NCBI RefSeq assembly: GCF_028673255.1
Contig: NZ_CP110504.1
Location: 124,526-156,525 of the forward strand
Length of the DNA stretch: 32,000 bases
Reading direction: 5' to 3'
From: Candidatus Saccharimonadota bacterium
Lineage (GTDB): Bacteria; Bacteroidota; Bacteroidia; Flavobacteriales; Blattabacteriaceae
A program made the position numbers and the translations under genes. Below the pieces are notes generated by a model. It saw nothing but the letters and a program-made list of their open reading frames with translations, ran no database searches and had not been told where the DNA came from. Of the stretch, positions 22,181 through 31,935 are shown piece by piece. Numbering within the stretch: position 1 is the stretch's first letter; the number at the start of each line of letters is the position of its first letter.

Positions 22181-23379
22181 ATGAAAAAAAGAATTTGTCA
22201 CAAAAGAAAGAATTTGTTTGGTCGTAAAGGAAAAGGGAACCAAGTGAATCAAAACAAAATTAACAAAATTAACAAAATTAACAAAAAAGCATTTAAAACA
22301 AAAAAAGATTCATATAATATATCTAAATATATTTTAATTAATTTTAAAAATTCAGATTTTAATTTTAAAGTGCCAAAAAAATTAATACCTAATAAACCAA
22401 GACTCTCTAAGAATAGAACTAGACTTATGGTTTTAAATCGAATGAATATGACTATTCAGCATAAATATATGAATGATTTTAATAGTTATTTTATTACAGG
22501 AGATACTCTCGTTTTAAATAATACTAAAATGTATAAATATATATTATATGGAAAAAAAGAAAAAAATGGATCAGATCTACAAGTCTATTTATTAAGAGAA
22601 ATTAATCCAAATGAAAAATCATGGGAAGTACTGGTTCAACCAGCTCGTAAAATTAGAATTGGAAATAGACTTTTCTTCTTAGATGAAAACAATGAAAAAC
22701 TTATTGCTGTAGTACATGATAATACGATTTCCAAAGGACGTATTATAAAATTTACTTGCGATTTACCAAATCAAATCTTTAAAAACAAAATTAAAAATTT
22801 AGGTAAAATACAATCTGGACTAATCAAATTTTAAAAAGCCTTTTATAGATTTTTCCAATCTGCAGACTATTCTCTACTTCTCCTCATTTTCCTGGATTAC
22901 ATATTTCCAAGTATATTTTGAAAAAACTTGAATTCTATGGTATTAATATTTCTTATGTTACCTTGCATCTAGGTCATGATACTTATGATAAAATCATTGT
23001 CGAAGATATACAAAAACATAAAATGAAAGAAGAATACTTTAAAATAACTCATAAAGCCTGTAATTTTATTAATTATAGTATTAATTCACAAAAAAAAGTT
23101 TGTGCTATTGGTACAAGTACTTTACGGGCTTTAGAAAGTTCTGTTTCTCCTTCTAATACCTTGATTCCAAATAAAAAATGGACAAATAAGTTCATTTATC
23201 CTTATTATAAATTTCATATAGCAAATTCGTTACTTACTAATTTTCATCAACCTAAATCAACTGTAATGCCTTTATTAGCAGCTTTTGTAGGATATGATTT
23301 TTTAAAATATGCATATGATCTTGCTATTAAAAAGAAATATCAATTCTATAATTTTGGTGATGCTATGTTAATACTTTAA
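22181..23379 (+). pseudogene. queA: S-adenosylmethionine:tRNA ribosyltransferase-isomerase QueA, disrupted by at least two frameshifts
   Basis: ORF 22181-22834 carries the QueA N-terminal half (DFNFKVPKKLIPNKP...GDTLVLNNTK). ORF 22918-23379 carries the C-terminal half (VTLHLG...IGTSTLRALES...TNFHQPKST...YNFGDAMLI). The linking homology is scattered over three frames: LQTILY in frame 0 at 22860-22877 and SPHFPGLHIS in frame 1 at 22879-22908. The PLPPYI motif is unrecognisable. There is a 55-aa Lys/Asn-rich N-terminal extension, and no ATG near the ancestral start. Confidence 0.65.
22253..22286 (+). repeat. 9-bp tandem repeat aacaaaatt, about 3.8 copies, in the queA N-terminal extension (KINKINKIN)
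   Basis: Read directly: 22253-22261, 22262-22270 and 22271-22279 are identical, followed by a partial copy. Confidence 0.9.
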
Positions 23380-23387
23380 TCTAGCTA

Positions 23388-23804
23388 ATGAAAACTCTTT
23401 TAAAAAAAGAACAACGAACGTTAATACTTTTATATTATCTGAAAAAAAAAAAGATTCTATATAATTACTTAATTACTCTAGGAAATAAAATAAATTTTTA
23501 TAAACCCAAATTCATTAATAAGAAAAATATATTAAATGGTTGTAAATCTCACCTATGGCTAGGTTTTTTGTATAAAAAGAGAAAAATTTACGTTTTTTCT
23601 TATAGTAATTCCATTCTAATAATGGGGTTTTCATTTTTAATTACAAAGATATATTCAAATAACTTCCCAATTGATATAATAAATCATAAAACTTCATTAA
23701 GTTATAATTCTTTGTTAAGCGAACTTTTCAGTTATAATCGTACTAATACAATTAAATTTATTTTAAATAAAATTAAGCAAGAAGCATTAAAATATTTAAT
23801 TTAA
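23388..23804 (+). CDS. sufE: Cysteine desulfuration / Fe-S assembly protein SufE
   Basis: YNYLITLGNKI...NILNGCKSHLWLGF aligns with the remembered E. coli SufE sequence YLYIIELGQRL...NSIQGCQSQVWIVM, including the active-site Cys. The downstream blocks SNSILIMGF and NRTNTIKFILNKIK are also collinear. Confidence 0.75.
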   Translation: MKTLLKKEQRTLILLYYLKKKKILYNYLITLGNKINFYKPKFINKKNILNGCKSHLWLGFLYKKRKIYVFSYSNSILIMGFSFLITKIYSNNFPIDIINHKTSLSYNSLLSELFSYNRTNTIKFILNKIKQEALKYLI

Positions 23805-24443
23805 ATGGCTCTTATTTTGATAATGGATTCTACTACTACTATATGTTCTATTTCTTTAATATATAAAAAGTTATTATTAAAAAATATAACGTTTTCACCT
23901 AGAAAATTTCTGCATATAAATATTATTCATTTAATAATTATAAATATTTTAAAATCTTGCAACTTGGCAAGTATATATTTAAAAGCATTAGCATTCAATT
24001 TTGGTCCTGGATCATATACAAGCATTAAAATAGGGTTCGCAGCGTCACTAGGACTTGTATATGGTCTGAATATTAAATTAATTTATTTCAATTATCCAGA
24101 ATTTGTGAATTTCACTAACAATAGTATAATTCTAATTAAAGATAATAGAAAGACGATTTCTACCTCTTGTATTATAAAGAACAAGTTATTTGTTAATTTA
24201 AAAAAAAACATGATTTATAATCTATTAAAAAGTAAAATTATAAAAAAAATATATTTATTCGATAGTAAAAGAAACCCCGTTAAGTATAAGAAAAAAGTTA
24301 TTGGTCTTGGAAATAAGGAGTATATAAATATTAACAGATTTAAATTAAATACAAAAATTTTTATTTCGAAAATTTTTTTAAAAATTAAACAAAATATAAA
24401 AAATGAAAAAACTATACTAACTAAATATTTCTATAAAAAATAA
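23805..24443 (+). CDS. tsaB: tRNA threonylcarbamoyladenosine (t6A) biosynthesis protein TsaB (YeaZ family)
   Basis: The N-terminal ILIMDSTTTICSISL, followed by ALAFNFGPGSYTSIKIGFAASLGL, matches the TsaB pattern aiDTS...GPGSFTGlRIG. It is 212 aa. Confidence 0.75.
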   Translation: MALILIMDSTTTICSISLIYKKLLLKNITFSPRKFLHINIIHLIIINILKSCNLASIYLKALAFNFGPGSYTSIKIGFAASLGLVYGLNIKLIYFNYPEFVNFTNNSIILIKDNRKTISTSCIIKNKLFVNLKKNMIYNLLKSKIIKKIYLFDSKRNPVKYKKKVIGLGNKEYININRFKLNTKIFISKIFLKIKQNIKNEKTILTKYFYKK

Positions 24444-24558
24444 ATAATTATTATTGTAGCATGTTTGTCCTTTAGTTCTAAGTTGTTTTTTTTTAATAAC
24501 TTTTATACAAAATCAATAATTTATTAAAAAACCAAATTCACAGACATTCTTAATATTT

Positions 24559-24632
24559 GCCGGAATAGCTCAGTTGGTCAGAGCACGTGATTTGTAATCT
24601 CGGTGTCAAGGGTTCGAATCCCTTTTCCGGCT
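24559..24632 (+). tRNA. tRNA-Thr (anticodon UGU)
   Basis: The sequence is GCCGGAATAGCTCAGTTGGTCAGAGCACGTGATTTGTAATCTCGGTGTCAAGGGTTCGAATCCCTTTTCCGGCT. It is 74 nt with one T:T mismatch in the anticodon stem. Confidence 0.88.
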
Positions 24633-24651
24633 ATAATTTTTGTATAAAATA

Positions 24652-24733
24652 GGGGTGATACTCAAGTGGTCAACGAGAACAGACTGTAAATCTGCTGGTT
24701 TAACCTTCGTAGGTTCGAATCCTACTCTCCCCA
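24652..24733 (+). tRNA. tRNA-Tyr (anticodon GUA), with a long variable arm
   Basis: The sequence is GGGGTGATACTCAAGTGGTCAACGAGAACAGACTGTAAATCTGCTGGTTTAACCTTCGTAGGTTCGAATCCTACTCTCCCCA. The anticodon loop is CTGTAAA. There are single mismatches in the acceptor and anticodon stems. Confidence 0.82.
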
Positions 24734-24742
24734 TTTTTATAA

Positions 24743-24813
24743 GCGGAAATAACTCAGTGGCAGAGTATCAGCCTTCCACGTTGAAAACACGGGTTCGAAC
24801 CCCGTTTTCCGCT
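24743..24813 (+). tRNA. tRNA-Gly (anticodon UCC)
   Basis: The sequence is GCGGAAATAACTCAGTGGCAGAGTATCAGCCTTCCACGTTGAAAACACGGGTTCGAACCCCGTTTTCCGCT. It is 71 nt with anticodon loop CTTCCAC. Confidence 0.88.
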
Positions 24814-24823
24814 TATATATTAA

Positions 24824-24896
24824 GCCAATGTAACTCAATTGGTAGAGTACTTTCTTGGTATGAAAGAAGCAACGGGTTCAAAACCCGTCATTGGCT
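24824..24896 (+). tRNA. tRNA-Thr (anticodon GGU)
   Basis: The sequence is GCCAATGTAACTCAATTGGTAGAGTACTTTCTTGGTATGAAAGAAGCAACGGGTTCAAAACCCGTCATTGGCT. It is 73 nt with anticodon loop TTGGTAT. Confidence 0.88.
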
Positions 24897-24926
24897 ATTC
24901 ATATTAATTAGTAATTCTGAAAATTA

Positions 24927-26114
24927 ATGCGAAAAGAAATTTTTAAGCGTGAAAAACCACATTTAAATATAGGTACTATAGGACATGTTGATCATGGTAA
25001 AACGACATTAACAGCAGCAATAACTAATGTTTTAGCTAAAAAAGGATTAGCACTTGCTAAAGAATTTAGTGCTATAGATAATGCTCCAGAAGAAAAGGAA
25101 AGAGGTATAACAATTAATACATCACATGTTGAATACGAAACATTAGAAAGACATTATGCCCACGTAGATTGTCCAGGACATGCAGATTATATTAAAAATA
25201 TGGTGACAGGTGCGGCTCAAATGGATGGTGCGATTTTAGTAATTTCTGCTACTGATGGACCAATGCCACAAACTAGAGAACATATCTTATTAGCTAGACA
25301 AGTAGGAGTTCCTAATATTGTAGTATTCCTAAATAAGATAGAAATGGTAGATGATAAAGAATTGATTGAATTAGTAGAATTAGAAATACGCGATTTATTG
25401 TCTAAATATGAATATGATGGTAAAAATACTCCTATAATACATGGCTCTGCTTTATGCGCTCTTAATGGGATAAGTAAATGGGAATCCAAAATATTAGAGC
25501 TAATGAAAGCAGTAGATAAACATATAAAAATTCCAAAAAGACAAAAAGACAAAAAGTTTTTAATGCCGATAGAAGATGTTTTTACTATAACTGGAAGAGG
25601 TACAGTTGCAACTGGACGCATCGAATCAGGGATTATTAAAACAGGAGATTCTATTGAAATTTTAGGTCTAAGTGAAAAAAAAATTAATTCAATAGTTACA
25701 GGAGTCGAAATGTTTCGAAAAATATTGGCTAAAGGTGAAGCAGGTGATAATGTAGGTCTTTTATTAAGAAGTATAGAAAAACAAGATATTAGAAGAGGAA
25801 TGGTAATTGCTAAACCTGGTACAGTTTCGGTACACAGAAAATTTAAAGCTCAAATATACATTTTAAAAAAAGATGAAGGAGGTCGCCATACTCCTTTCTA
25901 CAATAATTATAAACCTCAATTCTACTTAAGAACTACGGATGTAACTGGGACAATAAAATTTTCTAAAACAATTGAAATGGTAATGCCAGGGGATAATATA
26001 ACACTAGAAGTAGAATTGCTTCAACCTGTTGCTTTAAATAAAGGATTAAAATTTGCAATAAGAGAAGGAGGTCATACTGTAGGAGCTGGAAAAATTACTA
26101 AAATATTAGAATAA
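24927..26114 (+). CDS. tuf: Elongation factor Tu
   Basis: This 395-aa ORF has [18 protein letters not shown] and NKIEMVDD GTPase motifs and is highly conserved throughout. Confidence 0.98.
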   Translation: MRKEIFKREKPHLNIGTIGHVDHGKTTLTAAITNVLAKKGLALAKEFSAIDNAPEEKERGITINTSHVEYETLERHYAHVDCPGHADYIKNMVTGAAQMDGAILVISATDGPMPQTREHILLARQVGVPNIVVFLNKIEMVDDKELIELVELEIRDLLSKYEYDGKNTPIIHGSALCALNGISKWESKILELMKAVDKHIKIPKRQKDKKFLMPIEDVFTITGRGTVATGRIESGIIKTGDSIEILGLSEKKINSIVTGVEMFRKILAKGEAGDNVGLLLRSIEKQDIRRGMVIAKPGTVSVHRKFKAQIYILKKDEGGRHTPFYNNYKPQFYLRTTDVTGTIKFSKTIEMVMPGDNITLEVELLQPVALNKGLKFAIREGGHTVGAGKITKILE

Positions 26115-26122
26115 TATGTTTT

Positions 26123-26196
26123 ACGGGTGTAGCTTATCTTGGTAGAGCATCGGTCTCCAAAACCGAAGGTGGTAAGTTCGATTCTTACCATCCGTG
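26123..26196 (+). tRNA. tRNA-Trp (anticodon CCA)
   Basis: The sequence is ACGGGTGTAGCTTATCTTGGTAGAGCATCGGTCTCCAAAACCGAAGGTGGTAAGTTCGATTCTTACCATCCGTG. It is 74 nt with anticodon loop CTCCAAA. Confidence 0.9.
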
Positions 26197-26234
26197 ATAT
26201 ACATGCTAAATTATTATTTAAATTTTAAAAAAAA

Positions 26235-26660
26235 ATGAATAGTAAAAAAGTTATAAAAATTATTAAACTAAATTTAAAAGGAGGATTAGCTAACCCTTCT
26301 CCACCAATAGGACCGATACTAGGAACAGCAGGAATAAATATTCTTGAATTTTGTAAATTATATAATAAAAAAACTTGCAATCAAATGGGAAAACTAATAC
26401 CAGTAGTTATAAAAGTAAATGAAGATAGAAGTTTTAAAATTAAGATAAAAACTCCCACAACATCTTCTTTATTATTAGATGTTTTGAATCTAGAAAAAGG
26501 ATCTAACGCATCAAAAACAAAAAAAATAGGAGTAATTTCTATGAAAAGACTAAAAGAATTAGCAATTAAAAAAATTAAAGACATGAATTGTTTTAAAATA
26601 GATTCAGCTATAAAAATGATAATTGGAACAGCTAAAACTTTAGGAATTGAAATAAAGTAA
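26235..26660 (+). CDS. rplK: 50S ribosomal protein L11
   Basis: The sequence IKLNLKGGLANPSPPIGPILGTAGINILEFCKLYN is the canonical L11 N-domain. Confidence 0.95.
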   Translation: MNSKKVIKIIKLNLKGGLANPSPPIGPILGTAGINILEFCKLYNKKTCNQMGKLIPVVIKVNEDRSFKIKIKTPTTSSLLLDVLNLEKGSNASKTKKIGVISMKRLKELAIKKIKDMNCFKIDSAIKMIIGTAKTLGIEIK

Positions 26661-26668
26661 AGAAAAAA

Positions 26669-27304
26669 ATGAAAAACAAATTATATAGTATACAAGAAGC
26701 TATTGTTCATATGAAAAAAGAAAATAAAAACAAAAATTATGCTTCGATTGACATAGATCTAGTTTTAAATATCGAATATAAAACAAATAATATTCCTATT
26801 AGGATACAAGTTAATTTACCTTACGGCAATGGTAAAAAATATAAAATATTATCTATGGTAGAAAAAGAAAAAAGAAATGAAATAAAAAAAAACAACAATA
26901 TAAAAATTGGATTTAAGAAATATATTGAAAAAATACAAAAAGGATGGACCAAATTTGATATATTAATTGCAACACCAAAAACCATGCAGTCAATTGTAAA
27001 ATTAGTGAAAATTTTAGGCCCAAAAGGATTAATGCCAAATACCATGTTGGGTACTGTAAATAATAATCCACAAAAAATAATTAATGAAATTAATAGAGGT
27101 AAGATATTTCTAAAATCTGATAGATATGGTATTATGCATACTTCTATTGGAAGAATAAATTTTACGAATACACAAATTCTAGAAAATTTAAAATCTTTAC
27201 TATATATTTTAAATATGACCAAAACTCAACACTTAAAAGGAAATTTAATAAAAAAAATATACATTTCAAGTACAATGGGCCGAAGTTATAGAATTAAACC
27301 TTAA
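26669..27304 (+). CDS. rplA: 50S ribosomal protein L1
   Basis: FDILIATPKTMQSIVKLVKILGPKGLMPN matches the L1 core motif. The position after rplK fits the operon order. Confidence 0.9.
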   Translation: MKNKLYSIQEAIVHMKKENKNKNYASIDIDLVLNIEYKTNNIPIRIQVNLPYGNGKKYKILSMVEKEKRNEIKKNNNIKIGFKKYIEKIQKGWTKFDILIATPKTMQSIVKLVKILGPKGLMPNTMLGTVNNNPQKIINEINRGKIFLKSDRYGIMHTSIGRINFTNTQILENLKSLLYILNMTKTQHLKGNLIKKIYISSTMGRSYRIKP

Positions 27305-27310
27305 AAGATT

Positions 27311-27853
27311 ATGAACAAAAAACAAAACATTCTTTTTTTTAGTAACTTATTTGGAAAGAAAAAGCTGCATTTTTATTTAATAAATTTAAAAGGAATAAAA
27401 GCTTTTCAACAATCATACTTAAGAAGAAGAAGTAGAAAAACAAATATAAATATTAAGGTTGTAAAAAATACCTTGCTAAAAAAAAGTTTTAAACTAACTA
27501 AAAATACTAAATTCATGGAAATAATTCCATTAATAAAAGAAAATACAACTTTGTTATGGTCAAAAGACAATAAAGAAACGGCTTATTTGTTATTAAAATT
27601 TACGAAAAAATATGAATTAAGTATAAAAAAAATTTTTAAATTAGCAATATCAGAAGAGAATTTATTTCTGGGTGAGAAAGGATTGAAAGATTTAATTAAC
27701 ATGAAATCAAAAAAAGAGTTATTAACTAATTTAATTGCAAATCTTGGTTTTTCAATAAGAAAAACTATTTTTTCTTTAAATAGAATTTTTCTATTATTAT
27801 GTAATTTAAAAAATCAAATCATTTACAAATATGAAAATAAAAAAAATAGCTAA
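27311..27853 (+). CDS. rplJ: 50S ribosomal protein L10 (divergent)
   Basis: INLKGIKAFQQSYLRRRSRKTNINIKVVKNTLLKK matches the L10 pattern Gl.v.q...LR......kV.KNTL. It sits between rplA and rplL. Its 3' end overlaps rplL by 23 bp. Confidence 0.8.
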   Translation: MNKKQNILFFSNLFGKKKLHFYLINLKGIKAFQQSYLRRRSRKTNINIKVVKNTLLKKSFKLTKNTKFMEIIPLIKENTTLLWSKDNKETAYLLLKFTKKYELSIKKIFKLAISEENLFLGEKGLKDLINMKSKKELLTNLIANLGFSIRKTIFSLNRIFLLLCNLKNQIIYKYENKKNS

Positions 27854-28208
27854 AGAATTAGTAAGCTTAACTGTTTTACAAATAAATGAGTTATCCAAGA
27901 TTCTTCATGAGAAATACGGAATTGATGATATCTCATTAACTACAAATACCCAAACGCCCCAAACTTCTGCTCACCAAAAAACAAAAGAAAAAGTTAAAAC
28001 GAAATTCGATTTAATTCTTAAAACCCCTGGACAATCAAAATTAGCAGTGATTAAACTGATAAGATCGCTAACTGGTCATGGTCTGAAAGATTCGAAAGAA
28101 TTAGTTGATAAAGTACCTAGTATAATAAAGAGTAATTTAAATAAAGCAGAAGCTGAATTATTAATAAAAGAATTTTACAAAATAGGAGCTTTAGCAGAAT
28201 TAAAATAA
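27831..28208 (+). CDS. rplL: 50S ribosomal protein L7/L12
   Basis: It has the N-terminal dimerisation helix LTVLQINELSKILHEKYGI and the C-terminal domain KLAVIKLIRSLTGHGLKDSKELVD...AEAELLIKEFYKIGA. Confidence 0.9.
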   Translation: MKIKKIAKELVSLTVLQINELSKILHEKYGIDDISLTTNTQTPQTSAHQKTKEKVKTKFDLILKTPGQSKLAVIKLIRSLTGHGLKDSKELVDKVPSIIKSNLNKAEAELLIKEFYKIGALAELK

Positions 28209-28218
28209 ACAAAAGACC

Positions 28219-31200
28219 ATGCAGACTCCAGAAAACAAACAATCCTTAGAAAAAGTAAAACAAATAATTACGTATCCAGACTTTTTAAATATACAAATAG
28301 CTTCTTTTAAAAGATTTATTTCATATGATTATAAAAAAAAAATAAGACAATATAAACTAGATGGTTTAACTAAAGTATTTAAAACACATTTTCCATACAA
28401 ACCCTATCAAAAAAATTTCAAGATTTCATTTAAAAAATATTATCTTTCGCCCCCATTACACAGTGTAGAATATTGTTTAGAACGTGGTTTAACCTATAGC
28501 GTACAGTTAAATACGAATTTTAAATTAACAGCAAAAAAAAAGAAAACAAGAAAAAAAATTAAAGAAAAAATATTTCTTGGATATATTCCGTACATGACAC
28601 CTTTGGGGTCCTTTATTTTTAATGGGTACGAAAGAGTCATTGTAGCACAAATAATAAGATCACCAGGAGTTTTTTTTGGTGAATCATCTATGAAAAATGG
28701 ATATAAATACTATTATGGTAAAATAATTCCCAAAAAAGGAATATGGATAGAGTTTACTGCGGATAGTAAAAATTTATTAAACCTAAATTTTGACATTAAG
28801 AAGAAATTCTTATTAACCACATTCCTAAGAGCTTTAGGATATAGTAAAGACGAAGATATATTGAAGTTATTCTATTTATCAAAACAAATAAACATAAAAC
28901 AAGGAAATAATATAATTGGGAAAACATTAGCAAGTAGGGCTTTAACATATTGGTTTGAAGATTTCGTTGATGAAAATACAGGAGAAATTCTAACTATAGA
29001 AAGAAGTAAGATTCTCTTAGAAAGAAATACAAGACTAAATAAAAACCAAGTTTACAAATTAAAAACACACAATGTAAATTATATTTTAATAAAAACCAAG
29101 TCAGACTTTAAAAGTGAATATTCCATAGTATATAACACATTAAAAAAAGATCCTACTAATTCTCAAGAAGAGGCACTCGTATATCTTTATCAACAATTAA
29201 AAAATAAAAACCCCAAAGACAAAGCTACAACTGAAAGACTTATTTATAAATTACTATTTTATAGAAAAAAATTTATAATTAGTAAATCAGGGAGAAGAAA
29301 ACTAAACAAATTACTTGTTAACCCTAAAAAGAGTTTAAGAATTTATTTAGAAGATATACTAGTAATAATTGCCAATGTCATAGCTCTATATAATTCAAAA
29401 AAAGAATTGGAAGATCCAGAACATTTATGCAATAAAATAGTAAATACAGTAGGTGACCAATTATATGTTCAATATTCATTGGGTGTAGAAAAGATACTAT
29501 CTTACTTGAAAGAAAAAGTAAGAAAAAAAATTCAGAAAAAGTCAAGTATTAATACAATTTTAAAATACGCTAAACCAACGATATTGATAAAAGCAAAACT
29601 TTTAAATAATGTATTAAATACATTCTTTGGTACAAATCCGTTATCTCAATTTCTGGATCAAATGAATCCATTAGCAGAATTAACTCATAAAAGAAGGTTG
29701 TCATATCTAGGAACGGGAGGAATTTCGAGAGAAAGAGCAGGTTATGAAATAAGAGATATTAATTACTCATATTATGGTAGATTGTGTCCAATTGAAACAC
29801 CTGAAGGTCCGAATATTGGACTACTTTCCTCTCTCAGCGTATTTGGAGAAGTAAATTCACTTGGACATTTAGTTACACCATATTTAAAAATAGAAAAAGG
29901 TAAAAGAAGCAAAAAAATAATTTATCTAAATAGTGAAGAAGAAATTGGTAAAAGAATATGTCAGATCAATAAACAATTTGATTATTCCAATAATATAATT
30001 TGTAGAAGTAATTCAGATTACCAGGTGAAAAAAAAGGATAAAATAGATTTTATGGATGTAGCTTGCAATCAACTTGCTTCAATTTCAGTATCATTAATAC
30101 CATATTTAGAACATGATGATGCAAATAGAGCATTGATGGGCTCAAATATGATGCGTCAAGCAGTTCCATTATTAAATCCAGATATTCCTATAGTCTACAC
30201 AGGAATGGAGAAAGATATGATTAAATCTACAAGAAGTATTATGTATGCACCACAAGATGGAATAGTAAAATATGTTAGTAGTAAAAAAATAATTATAGAA
30301 TATAAAGAAAGAAAAAAGAATTTGTTTAGTAGCAATCTAAAAATTCATAATCTTACTAAATTTAAAAATACCAATCAAAATACTTGTTTCAATATAAATC
30401 CTGTAGTAAAAAGAGGAGAAATAATTAAAAAAGGTCAAGTGCTTATTGAAGGTTTTGCAACTAAACAAGGAGAATTAGCATTAGGAAAAAATATTAAAGT
30501 AGCTTTTATGCCCTTTAAAGGATATAATTTTGAAGATGCAATTGTAGTATCAGAAAAAATAATTAAAGAGGATTCTTTTACTTCTATAAAGATTATGAAA
30601 TTAACAATAGAAGCAAGACGAACGAAATTAGGTAAAGAAAAATTCACAAAGAAAATAGCGACAATATCTAAAAAAGAAGTGAAAAATTTAGATAAAAAAG
30701 GGATAGTAAAGGTTGGAACATTTATAAAACATGGCAGGATAATAGTAGGAAAAATTACTAAAAATACTGAGACCAAAATGAAACCAGAAAAAAAATTACT
30801 AACAGCAATTATAGGAAAAAAAACAGTTAATGTAAAAGATACCTCAGTCAGGGCTGGTCCTTCGCTCAAAGGAATAGTAATTAGAAGATCGATATTTACC
30901 AAAAGTAAAAAAAATAAGAATAAAGCGAAAATTATAGTTAATATAAAAAAACAAATAAACTATATAATAAATCTTATAAAAGCAAAAATAAAACATATAA
31001 AAAAGTACTTTTTAAAAATAGCAAAATTAAAAAGAAAAAACCAGATAACACTTGGTCGTTATAAAATGAAAATTCCAAAAGAATTAAAGGATATATTAAA
31101 ACAATATAAAAAAGAAAAAAGAAGACTACTAAATCTTTATTTGCACATAAAACAAAATATAATTTTTGGAGATCAGCTCAAAAATGGAGTATATAAATTA

Positions 31201-31935
31201 GTAAAAGTTTATATAGCTGAAAAAAGAAATCTAAAGGTAGGAGATAAGATGTCAGGTAGACACGGAAATAAAGGAGTTGTAGCTAAAATAGCAAAAGAAG
31301 AAGATATGCCATTCTTAGAAGATGGTACAATTATAGATATGGTATTAAATCCTCTAGGAGTACCATCAAGGATGAATTTAGGTCAAATATATGAAACTAT
31401 AACTGGAGAAATAGGATATAAAATAAAAAAAAGAATAAAAACTCCAATTTTTAATGGTGGTACAATTAAAGAATTATTAAAATACTGTAAAAAAGCAAAA
31501 ATATCTAAACTAAGTAAAAATTCTCTATATAATGGCGAGACTGGTGAAAAATTCAAATATCCAACTACAATTGGAATTTTATATATGTTGAAATTAGGGC
31601 ACATGGTAGATGATAAATTACATTCACGATCAATAGGACCTTATTCCTTAATTACTCAACAGCCATTAGGAGGAAAATCACAATCTGGAGGGCAACGTTT
31701 TGGAGAAATGGAAGTATGGGCTTTAGAGGCGTTCGGAGCATCAAATATTTTACAAGAATTGCTTACAATAAAATCAGATGATATAAAAGGTAGAATAAAA
31801 ACATATGAAGCAATAGTGAAAGGATTAAAATTACCTAAACCTAATATACCAGAAGCACTAACTGTATTAAAAAATGAACTAAAAGGATTATGTCTAAGCC
31901 TAGATATTAAAAAAACAAAGAGAAAAAATACATGA
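28219..31935 (+). CDS. rpoB: DNA-directed RNA polymerase subunit beta
   Basis: This 1238-aa ORF has RLSYLGTGGISRERAG, CPIETPEGPNIGL, NMMRQAVP, SGRHGNKGV and GGQRFGEMEVWALEAFGA motifs. The last 3 codons and the TGA stop lie inside the dnaK-derived repeat arm, so the native C-terminal end may be altered. Confidence 0.96.
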   Translation: MQTPENKQSLEKVKQIITYPDFLNIQIASFKRFISYDYKKKIRQYKLDGLTKVFKTHFPYKPYQKNFKISFKKYYLSPPLHSVEYCLERGLTYSVQLNTNFKLTAKKKKTRKKIKEKIFLGYIPYMTPLGSFIFNGYERVIVAQIIRSPGVFFGESSMKNGYKYYYGKIIPKKGIWIEFTADSKNLLNLNFDIKKKFLLTTFLRALGYSKDEDILKLFYLSKQINIKQGNNIIGKTLASRALTYWFEDFVDENTGEILTIERSKILLERNTRLNKNQVYKLKTHNVNYILIKTKSDFKSEYSIVYNTLKKDPTNSQEEALVYLYQQLKNKNPKDKATTERLIYKLLFYRKKFIISKSGRRKLNKLLVNPKKSLRIYLEDILVIIANVIALYNSKKELEDPEHLCNKIVNTVGDQLYVQYSLGVEKILSYLKEKVRKKIQKKSSINTILKYAKPTILIKAKLLNNVLNTFFGTNPLSQFLDQMNPLAELTHKRRLSYLGTGGISRERAGYEIRDINYSYYGRLCPIETPEGPNIGLLSSLSVFGEVNSLGHLVTPYLKIEKGKRSKKIIYLNSEEEIGKRICQINKQFDYSNNIICRSNSDYQVKKKDKIDFMDVACNQLASISVSLIPYLEHDDANRALMGSNMMRQAVPLLNPDIPIVYTGMEKDMIKSTRSIMYAPQDGIVKYVSSKKIIIEYKERKKNLFSSNLKIHNLTKFKNTNQNTCFNINPVVKRGEIIKKGQVLIEGFATKQGELALGKNIKVAFMPFKGYNFEDAIVVSEKIIKEDSFTSIKIMKLTIEARRTKLGKEKFTKKIATISKKEVKNLDKKGIVKVGTFIKHGRIIVGKITKNTETKMKPEKKLLTAIIGKKTVNVKDTSVRAGPSLKGIVIRRSIFTKSKKNKNKAKIIVNIKKQINYIINLIKAKIKHIKKYFLKIAKLKRKNQITLGRYKMKIPKELKDILKQYKKEKRRLLNLYLHIKQNIIFGDQLKNGVYKLVKVYIAEKRNLKVGDKMSGRHGNKGVVAKIAKEEDMPFLEDGTIIDMVLNPLGVPSRMNLGQIYETITGEIGYKIKKRIKTPIFNGGTIKELLKYCKKAKISKLSKNSLYNGETGEKFKYPTTIGILYMLKLGHMVDDKLHSRSIGPYSLITQQPLGGKSQSGGQRFGEMEVWALEAFGASNILQELLTIKSDDIKGRIKTYEAIVKGLKLPKPNIPEALTVLKNELKGLCLSLDIKKTKRKNT

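Noticed and set aside
24640-24927. A 95-aa ORF upstream of tuf.
   Set aside because: It reads straight through tRNA-Tyr, tRNA-Gly and tRNA-Thr, so it is an artefact of stop-free tRNA sequence.
25217-25621. A 134-aa minus-strand ORF antisense to tuf. Antisense ORFs also occur at 26381-26584 (rplK), 26821-27222 (rplA), and 30435-30902 and 31383-31604 (rpoB).
   Set aside because: They are antisense shadows inside strongly conserved genes.
29038-29101. A 14-bp direct repeat (aataaaaaccaagt) 50 bp apart inside rpoB.
   Set aside because: It is short, A-rich and within chance expectation. There is no structural or coding implication.
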